Below, piece after piece: positions 28,096 through 33,463 of a DNA stretch of 33,463 bases (the stretch's first letter is position 1; the number at the start of each line of letters is the position of its first letter). The notes beneath the pieces were generated by a model. That model was given only the letters and a program-made list of their open reading frames with translations, had not been told where the DNA came from and made no database searches. A program made the position numbers and the translations under genes. The DNA comes from a virus (taxonomy: Duplodnaviria > Heunggongvirae > Uroviricota > Caudoviricetes): positions 1 to 33,463 of IMG/VR virus record IMGVR_UViG_2548876860_000012; one strand, 5' to 3'.

Positions 28096-28248
28096 TGCTT
28101 CGAACTTATCGTAAAGCTTGCTTATGTCGTCTATCGGGTTTTCTGACGTACTGTAATTTTTATCTGATGTCATGGCAGCAGTCTGATATGCAGTGTGAGT
28201 CTTAACCGATAGTTGGAATAAATAAAGAATTTTTTCTTCTTTGGTCAT
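28057..28248 (-). CDS. Small hypothetical protein antisense to the early-left operon
   Basis: ATG at 28248 with AAGGAA Shine-Dalgarno 7 nt upstream (MTKEEKILYLFQLSVKTHTAYQTAAMTSDKNYSTSENPIDDISKLYDKFEALLDKKFAEAGLE); 3' ends converge on and overlap the 27919-28095 ORF. Confidence 0.35.
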   Translation of the reverse strand: MTKEEKILYLFQLSVKTHTAYQTAAMTSDKNYSTSENPIDDISKLYDKFEALLDKKFAEAGLE

Positions 28249-28449
28249 AACTATTTCCTTCTTGGCTATATGAAAACACCAAGATACCACCGAGCCTGAA
28301 GTGGTGAAAAGACAGGCACATAACAGCTAAGTATTTTCAACCAGAGAGAATCCTTAGCGTTGTGGTGAATGCGGCTCAGCGCACGCGGGTTAAGGTTGAG
28401 ACTGACAGTCGACCTTCTGTGGATACCCACCCGCCTGGTGTGCAACCTT

Positions 28450-28637
28450 CGCCAGGCACCGGGAGGCACCCGGCACCACAACTTTATGCTGTGTGTAGTC
28501 CTGGCGGTACCAGCTTGTACCCTTGCTTCCGGCTGGTACCTCCTTTTTACAAAACAGAGAAGAGCATCACCGGACGACGGGCTCATAACCCAATCCATCC
28601 GGGCGGCGGCCACCACAGGTGTTCTTCTCTGTTTTGT
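28450..28637 (+). ncRNA. Candidate structured RNA element in the pL operon leader
   Basis: GC-rich island with nested inverted repeats: CGCCAGG (28450-56) / CCTGGCG (28500-06); GGTACCAGC (28506-14) / GCTGGTACC (28532-40) followed by TCCTTTTTAC; perfect 15-bp repeat 28549-28563 / 28623-28637 around a 49-nt core. Its translation is Pro/Gly/Arg/His-rich and implausible as protein. Confidence 0.4.
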
Positions 28638-28685
28638 GGAGAAACTAATCGGCCTTGCAGGGTCGATATGATGAGGAGCAGCAAA

Positions 28686-29048
28686 ATGGCTAGCGAACGC
28701 AGTACTGATGTGCAGGCATTTATCGGGGAGCTGGACGGCGGCGTATTTGAAACCAAAATCGGCGCAGTTCTCAGTGAAGTCGCTTCCGGTGTGATGAACA
28801 CGAAAACCAAAGGTAAGGTCTCACTCAACCTGGAAATCGAACCATTTGATGAGAACCGTGTGAAAATCAAACACAAACTCTCATATGTTCGCCCGACTAA
28901 CCGCGGGAAAATTTCTGAAGAAGACACCACCGAAACGCCGATGTATGTCAATCGCGGTGGTCGCCTGACTATTCTGCAGGAAGACCAGGGACAATTGCTG
29001 ACTCTTGCTGGTGAACCTGACGGAAAACTCCGCGCAGCAGGTCATTAA
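28686..29048 (+). CDS. YfdP-like hypothetical protein (120 aa)
   Basis: Start moved to the ATG at 28686 (GAGGAG Shine-Dalgarno upstream); length and position ahead of the yfdQ/yfdR-like genes match the CPS-53 yfdP arrangement as recalled. Confidence 0.5.
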   Translation: MASERSTDVQAFIGELDGGVFETKIGAVLSEVASGVMNTKTKGKVSLNLEIEPFDENRVKIKHKLSYVRPTNRGKISEEDTTETPMYVNRGGRLTILQEDQGQLLTLAGEPDGKLRAAGH

Positions 29049-29113
29049 TATCGTTCTTAATTAACTGATTATTTATCTCATCACTGAATATCTTTATATA
29101 GTGAGGACTTATT

Positions 29114-29938
29114 ATGTCTCAGAACTTAGACGCAACCGCAATTAATCAAATCCATGCTCTTATTTCTGCTCAGGGTGTTAATGAAATTATCAGTAAGATT
29201 GGTGCCGATGCTGTGGCATTGCCTGAGAATTTCCGCATTCATGATCTGGAAAAATTTAATTTAAATCGCTTCCGTTTCCGTGGTGCGCTTTCCACTGCCA
29301 GCATCGATGACTTTACCCGTTATTCTAAAGATCTTGCAGATGAAGGCACCCGCTGCTTTATCGATGCTGATAATATGCGTGCCGTCAGTGTGCTTAACCT
29401 GGGTACTATTGATGAACCAGGTCACGCAGATAACACCGCCACTCTCAAACTGAAAAAGACAGCACCGTTCTCTGCACTGTTGTCTGTTAACAGCGAGCGT
29501 AACTCCCAGAAGTCACTGGCAGAATGGATTGAAGACTGGGCCGACTACCTTGTGGGTTTTGATGCTAATGGTGACGCTATCCAGGCAACAAAAGCGGCTG
29601 CGGCTGTCCGTAAAATCACGATTGAAGCAAACCAGACCGCTGATTTTGAAGATAATGACTTCAGCGGCAAACGCTCCCTGATGGAGTCTGTCGAAGCGAA
29701 GACCAAAGACATTATGCCAGTGGCATTTGAATTTAAATGCGTTCCGTTTGAAGGTCTGAAAGAACGTTCTTTTAAATTACGCCTCAGCATTATCACTGGC
29801 GATCGTCCTGTACTTGTTCTGCGCATTATTCAGCTGGAGGCGGTGCAGGAAGAAATGGCTAACGAATTTCGCGATCTGCTTGTTGAGAAATTCAAAGACA
29901 GCAAAGTAGAAACCTTTATTGGTACTTTCACCGCCTGA
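29114..29938 (+). CDS. yfdQ: YfdQ-like protein (DUF2303 family)
   Basis: 274-aa ORF, the same length as E. coli YfdQ as recalled, followed by an HD-domain YfdR-like gene. Confidence 0.55.
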   Translation: MSQNLDATAINQIHALISAQGVNEIISKIGADAVALPENFRIHDLEKFNLNRFRFRGALSTASIDDFTRYSKDLADEGTRCFIDADNMRAVSVLNLGTIDEPGHADNTATLKLKKTAPFSALLSVNSERNSQKSLAEWIEDWADYLVGFDANGDAIQATKAAAAVRKITIEANQTADFEDNDFSGKRSLMESVEAKTKDIMPVAFEFKCVPFEGLKERSFKLRLSIITGDRPVLVLRIIQLEAVQEEMANEFRDLLVEKFKDSKVETFIGTFTA

Positions 29939-29952
29939 TTTGATTACTGCAA

Positions 29953-29970
29953 ATGCCCCTGCGGGGGCAT
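29953..29970 (+). terminator. Stem-loop (weak terminator or stabiliser) after the yfdQ-like gene
   Basis: ATGCCCC-tgcg-GGGGCAT perfect 7-bp stem with tetraloop, 15 nt after the stop; only a weak T tail (TTATGG). Confidence 0.4.
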
Positions 29971-30066
29971 TTATGGAAACGTAATTAACTCAATAATCGC
30001 CGGATGGTGAGGGCTTCCTTTTACCAGAATTCAGTGCGGTGCAGCGCAAATAACGTGGAGAACAAA

Positions 30067-30615
30067 ATGTCATTTATTAAAACTTTTTCCGGGAAGCATT
30101 TTTATTATGACAGGATAAATAAAGACGACATCGTTATTAACGATATCGCGGTTTCCCTTTCAAATATCTGTCGCTTTGCAGGACATCTTTCACACTTCTA
30201 CAGCGTCGCCCAACATGCGGTTCTTTGCAGCCAACTGGTACCGCAGGAATTTGCTTTTGAAGCGTTAATGCATGATGCAACAGAAGCGTATTGCCAGGAC
30301 ATCCCCGCTCCACTGAAACGCCTTCTTCCTGACTATAAACAGATGGAAGAAAAAATAGACGCCGTAATCCGTGAGAAATACGGGTTACCCCCGGTTATGA
30401 GTACGCCCGTGAAATATGCCGATCTCATCATGCTGGCAACAGAACGCCGCGATCTCGGGCTTGATGATGGCTCTTTCTGGCCTGTACTGGAAGGCATCCC
30501 GGCAACAGAGATGTTCAACGTGATTCCACTGGCACCGGGCCATGCCTACGGGATGTTTATGGAACGCTTTAAAGAGCTGCATAAGATGCATAAACAATCC
30601 AGACAGCGAAATTAA
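30067..30615 (+). CDS. yfdR: HD-domain phosphohydrolase (YfdR-like)
   Basis: Start moved to the ATG at 30067 (GGAG 8 nt upstream), giving 182 aa; HD motif in LMHDATEAYCQDIPAPLKRLL. Confidence 0.6.
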   Translation: MSFIKTFSGKHFYYDRINKDDIVINDIAVSLSNICRFAGHLSHFYSVAQHAVLCSQLVPQEFAFEALMHDATEAYCQDIPAPLKRLLPDYKQMEEKIDAVIREKYGLPPVMSTPVKYADLIMLATERRDLGLDDGSFWPVLEGIPATEMFNVIPLAPGHAYGMFMERFKELHKMHKQSRQRN

Positions 30616-30643
30616 CTAGTGAAATAGTTTTGTAGCAAAAGAA

Positions 30644-30904
30644 ATGAGGTTATCAAAAATGCTTCAAATGCTGACACTTGAGGAATGGGCTGCGGAAAAA
30701 TACAGAAGTAATCCTCCAAGCGTGTCCACATTGCGTCGTTATGCTAAGCAGAATTTATTTTGTCCACCGGCAATGAAACAAGGTCGACTATGGCGAGTGC
30801 GTGAAGACGCAGAGTTAGTTGGGGAATTAGTTACTCCTGTCATCAAGAAAAATGATTCTATTATTCTACAAAGGATTTTAAGTAATGGCAGCCAGACCAC
30901 GTAA
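30644..30904 (+). CDS. xis: Excisionase (lambda Xis-like)
   Basis: LTLEEWAAEKYRSNPPSVSTLRRYAKQNLFCPPAMKQGRLWRVREDAELV parallels the lambda Xis pattern; overlaps the int start as in lambda. True start probably an internal Met. Confidence 0.8.
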   Translation: MRLSKMLQMLTLEEWAAEKYRSNPPSVSTLRRYAKQNLFCPPAMKQGRLWRVREDAELVGELVTPVIKKNDSIILQRILSNGSQTT

Positions 30905-32012
30905 AAATAATGTTTCAGTCCCGAACTTGTATCCGCTTTATAGTAGAAAAGTAAATAAAGTCTATTGGCGATATAAACATCCAGTGACCGGGAAGTTTCA
31001 TTCTTTAGGCACAAACGAAGCTGAAGCCATTGCTATTGCCACTGAGGCAAATTCACGCCTGGCTGAGCAAAGAACCCGGCAGATTCTGGCTATCAGTGAC
31101 AGGATCGCAACCAGCAAAGGAAAAGCAATCACAACGTCAACCTGGTTAGATCGCTATCAAGCAATCCAGGATGACAGACTGGAAAGTGGCGATATAAAGC
31201 TAAACACCTATAAACAGAAAGCCAAACCAGTATCCTTGCTCAGGGAACGAGCAGGAATGAAATTAATTTCATCAGTTGATGTAAGGGATATAGCACAATT
31301 ACTTGACGAGTATATCACTGCCGGGCAACCGAGGATGGCGCAAGTAGTCCGCTCCGTTCTAATTGATGTATTCAAGGAGGCACAACACTATGGGGAAGTC
31401 CCTCCGGGCTATAATCCAGCACTGGCAACCAAACAACCCAGAAGAAAAATTACCCGACAACGGTTAAGTCTTGAAGAATGGCAAAAAATCTTTGATATCG
31501 CAGATGCCCGCCATCGTTATATGGGGAATGCCATGCTGTTAGCACTGGTTACCGGCCAACGGTTAGGTGATATCTCACGTATGAAATTTAGCGATATTTG
31601 GGATGATCATCTTCACGTCATCCAAGAAAAAACCGGGAGCAAAATCGCCATCCCGCTTTCCCTTCGCCTCAATGCAATTAACTGGAGTTTACGCGATGTA
31701 GTAGCCCGCTGCCGTGACTATGCAGTCAGCCCATACCTTGTACATTTTTTTCGTACTACTTCACAGGCTGAACGTGGCGCGCAAGTAAAAGCCAATACAT
31801 TGACGATGAATTTCAGTAAAGCGAGGGATTTAGCAAACATTGACTGGGGTGAAGGTTCGCCCGCCACATTCCATGAACAAAGATCTTTATCTGAGCGACT
31901 TTACGAAGCTCAGGGCGTCGACACCCAAAAACTTCTGGGACATAAATCGCCTAACCAGACAGCTAAATACCATGATGATCGTGGTAAGGAATGGGCAAAA
32001 ATCAAGGTTTGA
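30885..32012 (+). CDS. int: Tyrosine integrase (lambda Int family)
   Basis: 375-aa ORF whose C-terminus (ATFHEQRSLSERLYEAQGVDTQKLLGHKSPNQTAKYHDDRGKEWAKIKV) closely parallels lambda Int, including the catalytic-Tyr region. Confidence 0.9.
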   Translation: MAARPRKNNVSVPNLYPLYSRKVNKVYWRYKHPVTGKFHSLGTNEAEAIAIATEANSRLAEQRTRQILAISDRIATSKGKAITTSTWLDRYQAIQDDRLESGDIKLNTYKQKAKPVSLLRERAGMKLISSVDVRDIAQLLDEYITAGQPRMAQVVRSVLIDVFKEAQHYGEVPPGYNPALATKQPRRKITRQRLSLEEWQKIFDIADARHRYMGNAMLLALVTGQRLGDISRMKFSDIWDDHLHVIQEKTGSKIAIPLSLRLNAINWSLRDVVARCRDYAVSPYLVHFFRTTSQAERGAQVKANTLTMNFSKARDLANIDWGEGSPATFHEQRSLSERLYEAQGVDTQKLLGHKSPNQTAKYHDDRGKEWAKIKV

Positions 32013-32033
32013 ATTTTACAAAATTGAATGATA

Positions 32034-32049
32034 CTGTATATGCATACAG
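32034..32049. promoter_or_regulatory. SOS-box-like motif (CTGT-N8-ACAG)
   Basis: CTGTATATGCATACAG; the extended 20-mer TACTGTATATGCATACAGAA matches the LexA consensus TACTGTATATATATACAGTA at 17 of 20 positions. Confidence 0.45.
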
Positions 32050-32070
32050 AATTGAAAGAAAATTAAGCTC

Positions 32071-32099
32071 TTGAAAGTGCTTGGTTTTATGGAATAATG
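32071..32099 (+). promoter_or_regulatory. Sigma70-like promoter for the downstream operon
   Basis: TTGAAA (32071-76), 17-bp spacer, ATAATG (32094-99); AGGAG Shine-Dalgarno at 32116-32120 precedes the ATG at 32128. Confidence 0.45.
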
Positions 32100-32127
32100 A
32101 AACCAAATAGTTTACAGGAGTTTTCTT

Positions 32128-33024
32128 ATGCAGTTGTATGCCTTACGTGTGTTAATGAGACCGCGCGATCCAGACCTCTTTTCGAAAGGAACTGTTCAGA
32201 AAGATATCTCTCATTTTGAAAATGCTATGGTTATCGCTGCAAAAAATTTACACATGACGTCATCAACACCTTCCGTTCATAAGAAAACTAGTTACACCCT
32301 GAAATTGAGCATAAAACCTACTGATGGTGTTATGGCTGGAGTCATATCAAAGCTGCAAAAGATTAAAGGACATGATAAAGACTTTCGAGAGTACGATGTA
32401 GACAACTATCCACCTATCGTATGGATTTGGGACAAAGTAGAGCAGGTGTTACTGGTTGAGAGGAAAACCGCTGTTTTCAAGGATGCGCAACAAGTTGCTA
32501 AAGCGTTCGAAGATCTAGCCAATAACGACTATTTGGCTCAGTTAGGACTTAGAATATTTATAGAGCCTTGTCTTGAAATGGAAGATTTTTGGTCAGAATA
32601 CCATAGGCTTCAATTTATCGACAAAGTCAGCTTTACGCTGATTACTCCGAATATCTTCGGAAGCAGTAAGCAAGCGTTAACCAATGATTTACGGAAGCTT
32701 GAAAAAGATACCAATGCAAATACTGTGACCACTATTTTTGAAAACAAAGATGGCAATTTGAAACTCAAAGGTTCTCATTGGGCTGAGACTCTTGTTGACT
32801 GGGTCAAAGATGGTGGCGGGTCATGGTTGATTAAAGGACGTAAGACACTCAAGTCAAAATCTACTACGGTATCCAGTAATCAGACAGCCAAAATCGTGCT
32901 GATCGAAGGTGAGATATCAGAAATTGAACTTGATGGCTACTCAGCAAATGATATTAAAGAGATCATAGCATTACATCAAAACAGGTATACGTTCAAAAAT
33001 GCAAAATCTAACTGTCTGGATTAA
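32128..33024 (+). CDS. Hypothetical protein, first gene of an AT-rich two-gene operon
   Basis: 298-aa ORF with good Shine-Dalgarno; no motif I recognise. Lys/Asp/Glu-rich and AT-rich, unlike the prophage structural genes. Confidence 0.6.
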   Translation: MQLYALRVLMRPRDPDLFSKGTVQKDISHFENAMVIAAKNLHMTSSTPSVHKKTSYTLKLSIKPTDGVMAGVISKLQKIKGHDKDFREYDVDNYPPIVWIWDKVEQVLLVERKTAVFKDAQQVAKAFEDLANNDYLAQLGLRIFIEPCLEMEDFWSEYHRLQFIDKVSFTLITPNIFGSSKQALTNDLRKLEKDTNANTVTTIFENKDGNLKLKGSHWAETLVDWVKDGGGSWLIKGRKTLKSKSTTVSSNQTAKIVLIEGEISEIELDGYSANDIKEIIALHQNRYTFKNAKSNCLD

Positions 33025-33463
33025 AGCTATAGCTACCTTCTTTTTGTGCTTAGCATTAGCATCGACTGATAAAACCATTTATACCTTACTTGAGCAGGCT
33101 TCTGCTGGAGTAATAGGTTCAATACTTGGAGGTATTGCCGCAGGTATCTCCGTTATCTTCGGAATTTTGGCTGTCATTAATAAGGGCGAGAAAAGCACAG
33201 ACTTTACGGACTATTTAGATAGTTTAGAATTAGATTTGAAATTACTGGTCATGTGTCTGGCAGTAACAATCTTCCTTCCCTATTTACGTAATTATGACAT
33301 ACCACTAGTAAATTATCCTCAGCACGAATTTATCCCTTCTAAAGGCAAGCTATTTACTGCTTTAGAACTTTTTGCTATCGTGCTATCTCTTAACCTCATT
33401 GCAGAAGTGATTAGCTGCATGATTTTAGTGGTTAAAAAAAGTTTCAAAATTGAATCAAAGTGA
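32999..33463 (+). CDS. Small four-TM membrane protein, second gene of the operon
   Basis: 154-aa ORF overlapping the upstream gene by 26 nt; four hydrophobic helices (AIATFFLCLALAS; GVIGSILGGIAAGISVIFGILAVI; LKLLVMCLAVTIFLPYL; ELFAIVLSLNLIAEVISCMILVV). Its stop codon is the last 3 nt of the window. Confidence 0.6.
   Translation: MQNLTVWIKAIATFFLCLALASTDKTIYTLLEQASAGVIGSILGGIAAGISVIFGILAVINKGEKSTDFTDYLDSLELDLKLLVMCLAVTIFLPYLRNYDIPLVNYPQHEFIPSKGKLFTALELFAIVLSLNLIAEVISCMILVVKKSFKIESK

Larger units (their letters stand above)
1..32127. mobile_element. Lambdoid prophage, partial: left end runs off the window, right end inferred just beyond int
   Basis: Contiguous phage modules in canonical order (tail, head, packaging, lysis, Q, replication, immunity, early-left, xis, int). 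The att site cannot be located because only one end is in the window. Confidence 0.8.

Noticed and set aside
28450-28637. Retron msr/msd RNA as an explanation for the long inverted repeats
   Set aside because: No reverse transcriptase gene is present nearby, and the repeat arms are only about 60 nt apart rather than flanking a full msr-msd unit.
28362-28685. The N-terminal 108 codons of track ORF 28362-29048
   Set aside because: The translation is Pro/Gly/Arg/His/Cys-rich and implausible, and the DNA is packed with inverted repeats. The real gene more likely starts at the ATG at 28686 behind a GAGGAG Shine-Dalgarno.
32128-33463. O-antigen glucosylation (gtrA/gtrB/gtr-type) serotype-conversion cassette next to int
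   Set aside because: Sizes and sequences do not fit: the first gene has no glycosyltransferase-like motifs or TM segments, and the second is a 154-aa four-TM protein rather than the GtrA flippase plus a large type-specific transferase.

Overview
The window is almost entirely one mosaic lambdoid prophage of an enterobacterial (E. coli-like) host, plus a short AT-rich flank. No database search was possible; all calls rest on reading the translated ORFs and the DNA. On the minus strand, from right to left, lies the lytic operon: cro-like and early regulators, a replication initiator with internal iterons, a LexA-DNA-binding-domain-only protein, RusA, a KilA-N antirepressor, a DUF968 protein, a Q-like antiterminator with a downstream terminator, a lambda-like lysis cassette (holin, R endolysin, overlapping Rz/Rz1), an HNH endonuclease, a candidate cos region, terminase small and large subunits, an HK97-type head module (portal, protease, major capsid, connectors) and a Mu-like contractile tail (sheath, tube, frameshifting chaperone, tape measure, gp43-48 baseplate, tail fiber running off the left edge). 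On the plus strand, from 25.4 kb, lies the immunity and early-left arm: a divergent operator region, a CI repressor with an S24 peptidase domain, an orphan ParA-like ATPase in the slot lambda uses for rexAB, a terminator, an OL/pL-like operator-promoter, small ORFs, a GC-rich highly structured non-coding stretch, yfdP/yfdQ/yfdR-like genes, xis and a lambda-type integrase. Beyond int is an AT-rich two-gene operon (298-aa protein plus overlapping 154-aa four-TM membrane protein) preceded by an SOS-box-like motif and a sigma70-like promoter. The main candidates for an undescribed system are this right-end cassette, the ParA-like gene in the rex slot, and the structured RNA-like element in the pL operon. 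No rRNA, tRNA or CRISPR array was recognised.
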